Shown here: positions 1 to 10,900 of the stretch, in pieces
Numbering within the stretch: the first letter of the stretch is position 1
How the letters are laid out: every line of letters begins with the position of its first letter
Assembly: GCA_009837085.1 (NCBI GenBank)
Contig: VXUF01000054.1
Location: 88,705 to 152,704 of the forward strand
DNA length: 64,000 nucleotides
Reading direction: 5' to 3'
Origin: Holophagales bacterium
Lineage (GTDB): Bacteria > Acidobacteriota > Thermoanaerobaculia > Multivoradales > Multivoraceae
Position numbers and translations under genes: made by a program
Notes under the pieces: model-generated
Databases searched by the model: none
Told to the model about the DNA's origin: nothing
Seen by the model: the letters and a program-made list of their open reading frames with translations, nothing else

Positions 1-1
1 G

Positions 2-697
2 CTGCTCGACGCCCAGAAGGCCGCCACATGGACCGAGGCCGCGCGCCGGATCGCGCACGAGATCAAGAACCCGCTGACTCCGATCAAGCTCGCCGCCGAG
101 CGACTGCTGCGCAAGGCGCAAGGCAACGACGCGAGGCTCGGCGCCGCGGTCGAGGAAGGCGCGCAGATCGTCGTCCGCGAGGTCGGCAACATGCAGAATC
201 TCGTGGACCAGTTCGCGCGCTACGCCCGCATGCGGCGTCCCCAGCCCCGCGACGTGGACATAGCAAAGCTGATCAGCGAGACGGTCGACCTCTACCGCGA
301 GCTGAAACCCGGAGTCGAGGTCGAGGCGCGCATCGAGGCCGGCGAAGAGGGTCTCCATGCCAAACTCGACGCCGACCAGATGCGCTCCGCCCTGGTCAAC
401 CTGCTGGACAACGCCATCGCCGCCACGAGCCCGCCCGGCCAGGTGATGGTCCGGGCCCGCCGCAGCAACGGGGTCTTCGACCTGTCCGTCAGGGACACCG
501 GCAGCGGCGTGCCGAAGGGCGCCCGCGAGAAGCTCTTCCTGCCGTACTTTTCGACCAAGGGGCGCGGGTCGGGGCTGGGCCTCGCCATCGTGCAGCGCAT
601 CGTGAGCGATCACAACGGTTCGATCCGGGTCGAGGACAACGAGCCTCGCGGCACGACCTTCACGATTGAACTGCCTCAGTCCGAACTGCCGCGGTAG
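2..697 (+). CDS. Sensor histidine kinase, C-terminal part (NtrY/AtoS-like); the 5' end lies outside the window
   Basis: Frame 2 is open from position 2. It contains an H-box (HEIKNPLTPI) and a HATPase_c region with N, G1 and G2 motifs (DNAIAAT, DTGSGV, GSGLGLAIV). It is followed 24 nt later by a sigma-54 response regulator. Confidence 0.85.
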   Translation: MLDAQKAATWTEAARRIAHEIKNPLTPIKLAAERLLRKAQGNDARLGAAVEEGAQIVVREVGNMQNLVDQFARYARMRRPQPRDVDIAKLISETVDLYRELKPGVEVEARIEAGEEGLHAKLDADQMRSALVNLLDNAIAATSPPGQVMVRARRSNGVFDLSVRDTGSGVPKGAREKLFLPYFSTKGRGSGLGLAIVQRIVSDHNGSIRVEDNEPRGTTFTIELPQSELPR

Positions 698-721
698 CTC
701 CGCGATCACCGACATCCGACG

Positions 722-2089
722 ATGAGCAAGGCGCGCATTCTGATCGTCGACGATGAGGCCGGCATCCGTCAGACGCTGCGGGGCATCCTCGAGGACGAAG
801 GCCACTCGGTGACCGCGGCGGCGGACGCGGTGAGCGGCCAGGCGCTGATGGCAAGCGACGAGTTCGATCTCGTCCTGCTCGACGTCTGGCTGCCCGACCG
901 GGACGGTCTGGAGATCCTGGAGGAACTCCGGGAGGGCGAGTTCCAGACCCCGGTGATCGTCATCTCCGGCCACGGGAACATCGACACCGCGGTCAAGGCC
1001 ATGCGAATCGGCGCGCACGACTTCCTGGAGAAGCCGCTGGCGCTCAATCGGATCGTCGTGTCGGTCGAGAACGCCCTGGAGCGAAACCGGCTCGAACGCC
1101 AGGTGCGGGAGCTGTCGAACCGGCTCGATCCGGAGCGGCAGCTCATCGGCGACTCGCCGCCGATGCGGCAGTTGAAGAACGAACTGAAGCTCTCGGCGCG
1201 CGCCGAGAGCCGGATCCTGATCACCGGCGAGAACGGCACTGGCAAGGAACTCGTCGCACGGCGTGTCCACAACCTCTCCCAGCGCAGGCACCGGGCCTTC
1301 GTCGAGGTGAACTGCGCCGCGATCCCGGAGGAGCTGATCGAGAGCGAACTCTTCGGCCACATCAAGGGCGCGTTCACCGGAGCCTCGGAGAACCGCCGCG
1401 GACGCTTCGAACAGGCCGATGGAGGCACGCTGTTCCTGGACGAGATCGCCGACATGTCGCTGAACACCCAGGCCAAAGTGCTGCGCGTGCTCGAGGAGCA
1501 GCGGTTCGAGAGGGTGGGAGGTTCCGAGCCGATCGAGGTCGACGTGCGGGTACTGGCAGCGACGAACAAGAACCTGGAAGAGAGCGAACTCCCCGCCGGC
1601 CGGTTCCGCGAGGACCTCTACTTCCGGCTCGCAGTCATTCCGCTCCACGTACCGGCCCTTCGTGAGCGGCGTGAGGACATCCCGGCCCTGATCGACCACT
1701 TCCTCCAGCGCTTCGCCGCCGAGGCCGGTCGACGCCCCAAGACGGTCGACGCCCAGGCGCTCGAGCGGCTGGTCGCCTACGCGTGGCCAGGGAACGTGCG
1801 GGAACTTCGCAACCTGAGCGAACGCCTGATGATCATGGCGCCGGGCGACGTGGTCACGGAAGCGGACCTGCCACCGAGGGTGCGTGGCACGGACGCCACG
1901 GCCCCGGTCGAAAGCGACTACGCGTCGCTCAAGGAGGCCCGCGAGACCTTCGAGCGGCTGTACATCGAGCGCAAGCTCGGCGCCGCCGGCGGCAACGTCT
2001 CCCAGACCGCGCGGGACCTGGGAATCGACCGCCGCCACCTGTACCGCAAGCTCCAGGCCTACGGCATCGATCCCGAACGCGGTTCGTGA
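722..2089 (+). CDS. Sigma-54-dependent response regulator (NtrC/NtrX family)
   Basis: Receiver domain (ILIVDDE ... D at LLDVWLPD). AAA+ sigma-54 activator domain (GENGTGKE Walker A, GAFTGA motif in HIKGAFTGA). C-terminal Fis-type HTH. Confidence 0.93.
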   Translation: MSKARILIVDDEAGIRQTLRGILEDEGHSVTAAADAVSGQALMASDEFDLVLLDVWLPDRDGLEILEELREGEFQTPVIVISGHGNIDTAVKAMRIGAHDFLEKPLALNRIVVSVENALERNRLERQVRELSNRLDPERQLIGDSPPMRQLKNELKLSARAESRILITGENGTGKELVARRVHNLSQRRHRAFVEVNCAAIPEELIESELFGHIKGAFTGASENRRGRFEQADGGTLFLDEIADMSLNTQAKVLRVLEEQRFERVGGSEPIEVDVRVLAATNKNLEESELPAGRFREDLYFRLAVIPLHVPALRERREDIPALIDHFLQRFAAEAGRRPKTVDAQALERLVAYAWPGNVRELRNLSERLMIMAPGDVVTEADLPPRVRGTDATAPVESDYASLKEARETFERLYIERKLGAAGGNVSQTARDLGIDRRHLYRKLQAYGIDPERGS

Positions 2090-4026
2090 GCGAGGTAGCC
2101 GCCAACCGGTTCGTCGTCGGCACCGCCGGCCACGTCGACCACGGCAAGACCCGGCTGGTTCAGGCCCTGACCGGGATCGACTGCGACCGCTGGGAAGAGG
2201 AGAAGCAGCGCGGCATCACGATCGACCTCGGGTTTGCGTCGATGGTCGAGGACGGCTGGCAGATCGGCTTCGTCGACGTGCCCGGCCACGAGCGGTTCGT
2301 CCACAACGCGCTCGCCGGGCTCGGCGGCATCCAGATGATGGTCCTGGTCGTGGCCGCGGACGAAGGGGTCATGCCGCAGACCCTGGAGCACCTCGCGATC
2401 TGCTCCCTGCTCCGGATCCCGGCCGGCCTGGCGGTGCTCTCGAAGACGGACCTGGTGTCTTCAGAGCTGGTGGAGCTTGCCGAACTGGAGCTCGAGGAGG
2501 CGCTTGCCGAAACCCCGTTCGCGGGCGCGCCGATCCTGCCGGTGTCGGCCCAGACCGGAGAGGGTCTGGACCAGCTCCGCGCGGCCCTGGTCGAGCTTGC
2601 CGGGTCGGCGGCCCCGATCGACCGCAATCGCACCCTGCCCGCCCGACTGCCGATCGACCGCGCCTTCCACCTGCGCGGACTCGGTGTGCTGGTTACGGGT
2701 ACCCTCGCCCGTGGCCTCGTGAACGTGGGCGACGAGCTGGACATCCTGCCCGCCGTCGGCCGCGCACGGGTGCGCAGCATCGAGGTCCACGGCGACCGCC
2801 GCCAACAGGCGGAAGCCGGCGAGCGCACGTCGCTCCAGCTCGTCGGCATCGACCTCGAGCAGGTCGCCCGCGGCCACGAGCTGACCGCCCCCGGCGTCTA
2901 CCGCGCCACGACTTCCCTGCTCGTGCGTTGCCGGCTGCTCTCCACGGCGCCCGAGCCGCTCGACGGCAGCAGCCCGGTGCGGCTCCACGTCAACGCCGCG
3001 CAGCGGATGGGCAAGCTGCGGCCGCTCGAGGCCGAGCGGCTGATGCCCGGTCAGGAGGCGGTGGCCGAGATCCGGCTCGACGAACCGCTCGTGGCGGTCC
3101 GCGGCGACCGGTTCGTCATCCGCAGACCCTCGCCCCAGACGACCCTCGGCGGCGGCGAGGTGCTCGACCCGGCCTGGAGGCGTCCTCGAGGTCGAGCTCT
3201 CGGAGCGGCGATCGACGCGCTCAACTCCGGCGACCGACAGGCCGCCGCCGTGCAATGGACCGTTGACGGCCGCGAGGCCGGTCTGCCTGTGACCGAACTG
3301 GCTCTGCGCCTGGGCGTCGTCCCCGGCGATGCCGAGGACGTGCTGAACCGCGCCGCGTTGGATGGACTGTTGCTGCCGGCAGGCTCAGATCGCTTCGTCA
3401 GCGCCGCCGCCGTCCGGCGCGTGACCCGCCGCGCTCGCCGCCTGGTCGAAGCGCACTTCGCCGCCGACCGCCTGTCCCGCGGCATGCCGAAGGCCGAACT
3501 GGTCCGCCGGCTGCTGGGCGCGCGCGCCGCCGACCTCGCATCCGCCTACCTGGACTGGTCGAGCCGCGGCGGCAAGGACCTGAGCATCGTCGTCGAGGGT
3601 GAACTCGTGACCCTCCCGGGACGCACCAGCGAACTGACCGGCGCCGAGTCGCAGCTCGCCCGGGACCTCGTCGAAGGCTTCGAGCGGCAGGGCCTGACCC
3701 CGGGCTCTCCCGAGGAGCTCTGCCGCAGCCTGGGGGCCAAGCCCCAGGTCTTCGACGGCGTCCTCCGCTACCTCGTCGACCGCGGCAAGCTCGTCCGGCT
3801 ACCGAACGGACTGCTCCTCGCCGCCGCCGCGCTGGAGAGGTTCCAGGCCGACCTGTTCGCCACCGGCTGGGACACCTTCACCGTCGCCGAGTTCAAGGAC
3901 CGCTTCGGCCTGACCCGCAAGTGGGCGATTCCGCTGCTGGAGCACCTGGACCGCCAGCGGCTAACGCGACGGGAAGGGGACCGCCGGCGGGTGCTCCGTC
4001 CGCGGGGCCAGACCGCACCCACCTGA
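2086..4026 (+). CDS. selB: Selenocysteine-specific translation elongation factor SelB
   Basis: GTPase G1 to G4 (GHVDHGKT, DVPGHE, SKTD). C-terminal winged-helix region (FKDRFGLTRKWAIPLLEHLDR) matches SelB. A GTG start overlaps the upstream stop (GTGA). Confidence 0.9.
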   Translation: MSEVAANRFVVGTAGHVDHGKTRLVQALTGIDCDRWEEEKQRGITIDLGFASMVEDGWQIGFVDVPGHERFVHNALAGLGGIQMMVLVVAADEGVMPQTLEHLAICSLLRIPAGLAVLSKTDLVSSELVELAELELEEALAETPFAGAPILPVSAQTGEGLDQLRAALVELAGSAAPIDRNRTLPARLPIDRAFHLRGLGVLVTGTLARGLVNVGDELDILPAVGRARVRSIEVHGDRRQQAEAGERTSLQLVGIDLEQVARGHELTAPGVYRATTSLLVRCRLLSTAPEPLDGSSPVRLHVNAAQRMGKLRPLEAERLMPGQEAVAEIRLDEPLVAVRGDRFVIRRPSPQTTLGGGEVLDPAWRRPRGRALGAAIDALNSGDRQAAAVQWTVDGREAGLPVTELALRLGVVPGDAEDVLNRAALDGLLLPAGSDRFVSAAAVRRVTRRARRLVEAHFAADRLSRGMPKAELVRRLLGARAADLASAYLDWSSRGGKDLSIVVEGELVTLPGRTSELTGAESQLARDLVEGFERQGLTPGSPEELCRSLGAKPQVFDGVLRYLVDRGKLVRLPNGLLLAAAALERFQADLFATGWDTFTVAEFKDRFGLTRKWAIPLLEHLDRQRLTRREGDRRRVLRPRGQTAPT

Positions 4027-4063
4027 ACGACAGTCCCGACGCGAAGGCTGTTAGCCTGCTCCA

Positions 4064-5089
4064 ATGAGCGCCTCCAGCTCGATGTCCTTCGGCGTGGTCC
4101 TCCAGCCGGACCCGCCGATCTCCCGCGTCGTGGAACTCGCGGCGCTGGCCGAAAAGCGGGGCTTCGACGACTGCTGGCTCTTCGACTCCCACGTGCTCTG
4201 GCCGGAGCCGTTCGTCATCTTCTCGCAGATCCTGGCGAGCACGGAGCGGATGGCGGTCGGCCCGATGGTGACGAATCCCGGCACGCGCGATACGACGGTG
4301 CTCGGGTCGCTGTTCGCGACGCTCGATTCGATGTATCCCGGCCGGACGAAGTGCGCGATGGGGCGGGGCGATTCGGCGCTCCGCTACATCGGACGCCGGC
4401 CGGAGTCGCTGGCGGCGGCGGTCGACGCAATGGGCGTCATCCGCGCTCTGTTCGCCGGCCGCGAGGCGGACCTGGGCGGCACCACAGTGCGGATCCCCTG
4501 GCGCGAGGAGAGCGGCGCCGAACTGCCGGTGTGGTTCGCGGCCTACGGCCCGAAGGCGCTGGACACGGTCGGCCGTCACGCCGACGGCTTCGTGCTGCAA
4601 CTGGCCGACCCGAAGATCCTCGAGTGGACGCTCCAGGCGGTGCGCGACGCCGCCGAAGACGAGGGCCGCGACCCGGACGCGATCACGGTCTGCGTGGTCG
4701 CCCCGGCCTATGTCGGCGACGACCTCGCGCACCAGCGGGACCAGTTGCGCTGGTTCGGTGGCATGGTCGGCAACCACATCCACGATCTCGTCATGCGCTA
4801 CGGCGAGGACGACTCGAAGGTCCCGCATGCGCTCGCCGAGTACATCCGCCAGCGGCAGGGGTACGACTACTCCCACCACGGCCGCAGCGACAACCCGGAC
4901 ACCGAGTTCGTTCCGGACGGCATCGTCGACCGGCTGTGCGTGCTCGGACCGGCCGAAGACCACATCGAGAAGCTCCGGGAACTGAAGTCCCTGGGGGTCG
5001 ATCACTTCGCCGTCTACCTGATGCACGACGACAAGGAGGGGACGCTGGCGGCGTACGGGGAGCGGGTGATTCCGGCGCTGCGGAGTTAA
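4064..5089 (+). CDS. LLM-class (luciferase-like) flavin/F420-dependent oxidoreductase
   Basis: Whole-length similarity to luciferase-like monooxygenase / F420-dependent reductases (VLQPDPP ... GRGDSA ... YGP). Confidence 0.85.
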   Translation: MSASSSMSFGVVLQPDPPISRVVELAALAEKRGFDDCWLFDSHVLWPEPFVIFSQILASTERMAVGPMVTNPGTRDTTVLGSLFATLDSMYPGRTKCAMGRGDSALRYIGRRPESLAAAVDAMGVIRALFAGREADLGGTTVRIPWREESGAELPVWFAAYGPKALDTVGRHADGFVLQLADPKILEWTLQAVRDAAEDEGRDPDAITVCVVAPAYVGDDLAHQRDQLRWFGGMVGNHIHDLVMRYGEDDSKVPHALAEYIRQRQGYDYSHHGRSDNPDTEFVPDGIVDRLCVLGPAEDHIEKLRELKSLGVDHFAVYLMHDDKEGTLAAYGERVIPALRS

Positions 5090-5169
5090 GGAGTAAACGC
5101 GCTTTCCTGGCCGCCTTCGGCGGCGGCCGGCGGGGACGCCGGCGCACCCAGTGTGGGACGCCCGGTCGG
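5090..5169. repeat. Structured intergenic element, copy A (shares core GCCGGCGGGGACGCCGnCGCACCCAGTnT with copy B); hairpin GGCCGCC-TTC-GGCGGCC; lies between convergent stops
   Basis: Direct comparison with 56139-56226: 31-nt core with 2 mismatches plus a shared GCGCTTT. Confidence 0.6.
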
Positions 5170-7839
5170 TTATGCCTTGGCTTCGTACCAGTCCGGGCCG
5201 GAGTCCATGTCGACGACGAGGGGAACCCTGAGGTCGGCGACTCCCTCCATCTCTTGGCGGACCAGGGACGCGAGTGCGTCCATGTCCGCCGATGGCGCTT
5301 CGAGGACGAGTTCGTCGTGGACGGTCAGGAGCAGTCGCGCGGCTCCGAGTTCCGACCGCAGGCGGCGGTCGACGGCGATCATCGCCAGTTTCAGCAGGTC
5401 GGCGGCCGTGCCCTGGATGCGGGCGTTGACGGCCATCCGGCGGGCGTTCTCGCGCACCGCCCGGTTGCGGCTCTTGATGTCGGGGATGTAGCGGACGCGG
5501 CCGTAGAGGGTCTCGACCTGGAGCGTCTCCTCGGCGCTGGACAGGGTCTGCTCGGTGTAGGCGCGCACGCCGGGGAAGCGCTCGAAGTAGGCCGCGATGA
5601 ACGCCTGGGCCTCGCCGCGGGCGATGCCCAGCGCGCGAGCCAGGCCGAAGGCGCTCATGCCGTAGATGATCCCGAAGTTGATCGTCTTCGAGGCGCGCCG
5701 CTGCTCATCGGTGACCAGGGCGGGCGCCACCCCGAACACGGTGGCCGCGGTCGAGCGGTGGATGTCGCCGCCATGCCGGAAGATGTCGACCAGGGCCTCG
5801 TCGCCCGAGATGTGCGCGAGCACGCGCAACTCGATCTGGCTGTAATCGGCGACCAGGAGCCGGTAACCGTCGCGGGCGCGGAAGGCGCGCCGTACCTCGC
5901 GGCCGATGTCGGTGCGAATCGGGATGTTCTGGAGGTTCGGGTCGTGCGAGGACAGCCGGCCGGTGGCGGCCACCGCCTGGTGGTAGCGGGTGTGGAGACG
6001 GCCGTCGGCGGCCACCAGGTGCGGCAGTGCATCGACGTAAGTCGACTTCAGCTTTGTCAGCTCCCTGTAGTGAAGCACCTTGGCCGGAAGATCGAAACCG
6101 CGCTGGGCGAGTTGCTCCAGCACGTCGGCGCCGGTGGAGTACTTCTTCGTCTTGCGAGTGCGGCCGAGCACCGGCAGCCCCAGCTTCTCAAACAGGATGA
6201 CGCCGAGCTGAGCCGGCGACTGGATGTTGAACCGTTCTCCAGCGAGGTCGAAGATCTCCTCAGCCAGGTCGCCGCTGTCCAGTTCGAGGCGCCGCGACAT
6301 CTCCGCCAGCACGCCGGAGTCCAGTTCGATGCCCTCCTCCTCCATCGCCGCGAGCACGGGCAGCAGGGGCGCCTCGATCTTCTCGTAGACCTCGCGTGCG
6401 CCCGGTGACTCGTGCCACTGCTCGGCCAGACCTCCGTGGATGAGCGCGGGCAGCACCGCCTGCTCGGCCGCGTAGAGACGCAGGCCGGCGTTGTCGCCGA
6501 GCGTGGCCTCGGGGCCATCGAGGCCCGCGTCGGCCGGCGTGGCGACGCTGTAGTGGAGGCGGTCGAGGGCCACCTCGGCCAGTCCAAAGCTCCGCACGGC
6601 CGAGCGCACCAGGTAGGCCATCAGCATCGTGTCGACGAGCCGCGCCGCAACCTCCGGCCTGCCGTCCCGGTGCGGACACAGGCGAACCACCTCCTTCAGG
6701 TCGTGGCCGATCAGTTCGAGGCCGGAGTCGGCCAGCCAGACGCGGACCTGGGCCGCCGCTACATCACGCAGATCGGCCGCCTCGAAACCGACGAAGCGGG
6801 CACGGTCCACCTCGACGTCGCCCTCGGCACCCTCCTTCACCGCTGCGAAGGAGAGCCCGGCCGGCTCGCCGCCGCGCCGGAAGACGACGTCGACCGCGAT
6901 CCGGGATCCCATCTCCCGCGCCGCTGCCTCGAACGCCTCGACGGAGTCCACGACGACGGCGGGCTCGATCTCCGGACCGCCGCTCTCGCTCTCGAGCTCC
7001 TTGAGCAGGCTCCAGAACTCGAACTCGCGGCACAGGTCGGCCAGCGCCTCGTAATCCGGGGACTCCATCTCTAGCGCCTCGGGCTCGAACGGAACATCGA
7101 GGTCCGTGTGGATCGTGACCAGCTCCCTGGACAGAAGGGCCTGATCGGCGTGCTCCTGCAGCCCCTCGCGGTAGGCCTTGCGCGTGAGTTCGGACGCGGC
7201 TTCCAGCAGCGCCTGGAGGTTGCCGTGCTCCCTGATCAGGGTCTGCGCGCCCTTCTGGCCGATTCCGGGGACGCCCGGCACGTTGTCCACCTTGTCCCCG
7301 ACCAGAGCGAGCACGTCGACCACCTGCTCCGGCGGCACCCCGAAGTCCTGCTCGACCAGCGCCGGATCGTAGGTCTTCTCGCGGCCCGTGTGGAGCAGCG
7401 ACACCCGGTCGCTCACGAGCTGAAACAGGTCCTTGTCCGCGCTGACGATCGTGACCTCATAGCCCGCGTCCTGCGCCTTGCGACCCAGCGTGCCGATGAC
7501 GTCGTCCGCCTCGTAGCGCTCGAGCTCGAGGATCGGGATGCGGAAGGCCTCGATCGCCCTCCGGATCGCGGGCATCTGCGCCTTGAGATCTTCCGGCATC
7601 GGGGCCCGGTTCGCCTTGTACTCGGCGTACGCCTCGGTGCGGACCGTCGCCCGTCCGACATCGAGCGCGATGCCGAGCTGCGCCGGCTCTTCCTCGCGCA
7701 GCAGCTTGCGCAGCATGTTGATGAAGCCGTAGATCGCGTTGGTCGGCTCTCCCGTCGACGTGGAGAGCCCGCGGATCGCGTAGAAGGCGCGGAAGATCGT
7801 CGAGTAGCCGTCGATCAGGTAGAGACGCTTCGCGGTCAC
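5170..7839 (-). CDS. polA: DNA polymerase I
   Basis: 889 aa. N-terminal 5'-3' exonuclease (LYLIDGYSTIFRAFYA). C-terminal pol A motifs (DYSQIELR, RRxAKxxNFGxxYG, VHDE). Confidence 0.97.
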   Translation of the reverse strand: MTAKRLYLIDGYSTIFRAFYAIRGLSTSTGEPTNAIYGFINMLRKLLREEEPAQLGIALDVGRATVRTEAYAEYKANRAPMPEDLKAQMPAIRRAIEAFRIPILELERYEADDVIGTLGRKAQDAGYEVTIVSADKDLFQLVSDRVSLLHTGREKTYDPALVEQDFGVPPEQVVDVLALVGDKVDNVPGVPGIGQKGAQTLIREHGNLQALLEAASELTRKAYREGLQEHADQALLSRELVTIHTDLDVPFEPEALEMESPDYEALADLCREFEFWSLLKELESESGGPEIEPAVVVDSVEAFEAAAREMGSRIAVDVVFRRGGEPAGLSFAAVKEGAEGDVEVDRARFVGFEAADLRDVAAAQVRVWLADSGLELIGHDLKEVVRLCPHRDGRPEVAARLVDTMLMAYLVRSAVRSFGLAEVALDRLHYSVATPADAGLDGPEATLGDNAGLRLYAAEQAVLPALIHGGLAEQWHESPGAREVYEKIEAPLLPVLAAMEEEGIELDSGVLAEMSRRLELDSGDLAEEIFDLAGERFNIQSPAQLGVILFEKLGLPVLGRTRKTKKYSTGADVLEQLAQRGFDLPAKVLHYRELTKLKSTYVDALPHLVAADGRLHTRYHQAVAATGRLSSHDPNLQNIPIRTDIGREVRRAFRARDGYRLLVADYSQIELRVLAHISGDEALVDIFRHGGDIHRSTAATVFGVAPALVTDEQRRASKTINFGIIYGMSAFGLARALGIARGEAQAFIAAYFERFPGVRAYTEQTLSSAEETLQVETLYGRVRYIPDIKSRNRAVRENARRMAVNARIQGTAADLLKLAMIAVDRRLRSELGAARLLLTVHDELVLEAPSADMDALASLVRQEMEGVADLRVPLVVDMDSGPDWYEAKA

Positions 7840-7908
7840 GGCGGCGACTACTCTAGAACCTCACGCCGTAGGATTGCGTTGCCCTACCGCGAACGGCCGC
7901 CGCAAGTC

Positions 7909-10900
7909 ATGCTTCGAAACCTCCCCGCCCTTGTTCTCCTCGCCGCGCTCGCTCCGGCGGCGGCGCCCGCGCAGCCGACCGAGGAACAGGTGCGGCTGCA
8001 TGGCATCGGCTACGCGCAACTCGAAAACGAGGACGCGGTCCAGGCCGAAGCGACCTATCGCCGGCTGATCGAACTGCTGCCCGAGGACTCGCTGGGCCAC
8101 GCCAATCTCGCCGTCGCTCTCCTGCGCCAGGACCAGCAGCAGGCGGCGCTGGCCGCGATCGACCGGGCGCTGGAACTGGGCGGCAACAGGGGCGATCTGC
8201 TGCTGATCCGCGCCGACGTTCTCCAGGGAGGCGCCGGCAGCAACGAAGAGGCGCTGGTGGACTACCGCCGCGCGGCCCGGGCCACGCCCGACGACCCCGA
8301 AGTGCAGTACGCCCTCTTCCGGCACGCCGAGATCATGAGCGGCCCCGAAGCCAAGGCCAATCTCCGGGCCGCCGTCGATCGTCTGCGGGCGCTCAGGCCG
8401 GACAACCTGGTCGTCCTGCTTCTAAGCGGAGCCGCCGCGCTGGAAGATGGCGACCGGGGACGCGCGAGCGACGACTACCTGCGGATCCGCGAGCTGCTCT
8501 GGCAGGCGCAGCCGGTTGCCGAGCGCGTCATCGAAGAGGTGCTCGACGCCCTGGAGACGGACGACCTGGAGCGCGCTCGCGCCTACGCTCCCCGGTTGCG
8601 GAACGTCCTGCTGGCGACTCCGGGCTGGCACAGCAGTCTGGCCGAGGTCTACACGAACATCCGGGGCATTCCGGTGGAGCGCTTCGTGGACGAGTCGCCG
8701 ATCGAAGACTTCGGCGAAGCGTTGCCGGTCCGCTTCCGGGCGATCCGAATCGACAATGCCCCGACTCCGAACCGGGCCCTGGAAGTCGCCGACTTCGACG
8801 GCGACGACCGGCCCGACATCGCGCGGGCCGCGACGGCCGGCGGCGGCGACTCGGCCGCACGTCTGGAGTTGCGGCGTGCCGGCGGGGGCTACGCGGCACC
8901 TGCTGTCGCGCCGGAAACCGGCGCTCGCGTCCTCGTGGTCGGCGACGCCGACAATGACCGCCAGCTCGACCTGATCGCGGTCGGCGACCCCCTGGCGGTC
9001 TGGCAGGTCGACGACACGCCGCGGTTCGCGGACGCCAGCGACCGCTTCCTGCCGAACGCAATGGCCGCGACCGCGGCCGACCTGCTCGACTTCGACAGCG
9101 ACGGCGACCTCGACCTGGCCGTCGCGCCGGCAGGCGGCACGCCCGAGTTGCTGCGGAACGTCTCCGGCGAAGGCGTTTTCGAAGGACCTCTCGAAGCCCT
9201 GGGACCAAAGGCGCTGCCCGACACCGAGGCGCGCAGCTACCACCACCTCCAGGCCACCGACGCCGATCGCGACGGCGACACCGATCTGCTGTTCGCTCAC
9301 GACGACGGCGTCCTCTGGCTCGACAACCAGCGCCAGGGACGGTTCGCGGAACGCGTCCCGCCGGCGCCGGGCCGCGGTTTCCTCGGCACGCTCCTGGGCA
9401 GACTGCGCGGCGACGAACCCGCAACCGGGGGGCTGACTACCGGATCGCCGGTGCGGGCCGTCCGCACTGCCGACCTCTCCGCTGACGGCGTTCCCGAGTT
9501 CCTTCTCGCCGGCGAGTCGACCCTCATCCTGAAGCGGGCCGAAGACGGAGCGGTGGCCCCCTTCCCCCTGACCTCCGAATCGACCGCCCTGCCCGGCAAC
9601 GCGACCGACCTGGCGCTGCTGGACGCGGACAACGACGGCCGCCGGGACATCGCCTTCGTGGCCGACGGCGAGCTCCGGGTGCTGACCCAGACCTCGAACT
9701 CGGGCGCCCCGGCGCTCGAGTTCCGGCTCGCCCAGGTCACCGGACTGCCCCGCGAGGCAGGGTTCACCGCCGTGAGGGCCGACGATCTGGACGGCGATGG
9801 CGATCAGGATCTCGTAGCTGCCGGCGCCACCGGGCTCTACCGCATCGAGAACCTGGACGGTTCGGAGAACAACTGGCTGCGGGTCCGGCTGGTCGGCCTC
9901 GATCTGGGGAACCAGAAGAACAACGTCTTCGGACGCGGCACGACGATCGAGGTCAAGTCGGAGCGCGCGTACCAGTACTTCGAGGTCGACCGACCGATCA
10001 CCCATATCGGACTCGGCAACCGCCGACGGCCCGACCTGATCCGCGTCGTCTGGGCCAACGGCGTGCCGCAGAACCGGCTGAACCCGGGCAGCGACCAGAC
10101 GATCGTCGAGGAGCAGGTACTCAAGGGCAGCTGTCCCTTCCTGTACACCTGGGACGGCGAGAAGGTCAGCTTCGTCACCGACCTGCTGTGGGGCGCGCCG
10201 CTCGGCATGCCGCTGGCCGACGGCGTCTGGAACGGCTACGACCCGGACGAACTCGTCCGGGTCGACGGCGCAACGCCCCGCGACGGCTTCTACGACCTGC
10301 GGATCACGGAAGAACTATGGGAGGCCGCCTACATCGACCGGGTGCGGCTCTGGGTGGTCGACCACCGCGAGGGCGTTGAAGTCGCCAGCAACCTCCGCAT
10401 CGTCCCGGGCCGGGGACACATCGGCAGGCCGTCCGACGAGGTCGTCTCAAGTGCCGTCGTCCGCCCCGTCGTTCACGCCATCGACGGACGCGGCCGCGAC
10501 GTGACGGAACGCATCCGGAGCCGCGACGAGGTCTACGCCGACGGCTACGAGCGCTCTCGCTTCCAGGGCCACGCCGCCGAGCCCTGGATCTTCACCTTCG
10601 ACCTCGGCGAAGCGCCCGGCAGGCCGGTGCGGCTCTGGCTGGACGGCTGGGTGTTTCCTGCCGACGCCAGCCTGAACCTCGCCATCGCCCAGGCGGTGGA
10701 GCACGGCGACCTGGAGATGGTCATGACCCGGCTCGAGGTCGAAACCGGGGACGGCTGGAAGACCCTGCTCGATCCGATGGGCTTCCCCCCGGGCAAGACG
10801 AAGACGATGGTCGTCGACACGCCGCCGCTGCCGGCGGGCGCCCGCAAGCTCCGGATCGTGACCACCCGCTGGCTGCATTGGGACCGCGTCGCATGGAGCA

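Noticed and set aside
28-669. 213-aa ORF in frame +1 at the window start, and 1884-3266 (+) inside selB
   Set aside because: These are alternative frames of the histidine kinase and selB genes, with Arg-rich nonsense translations. The real frames carry H-box/HATPase and GTPase motifs.
5153-5491. Small ORF spanning intergenic element A into polA antisense (MGRPVGYALASYQ...)
   Set aside because: It is mostly antisense to the conserved polA C-terminus. It is better explained as a non-coding structured element plus an antisense artefact.
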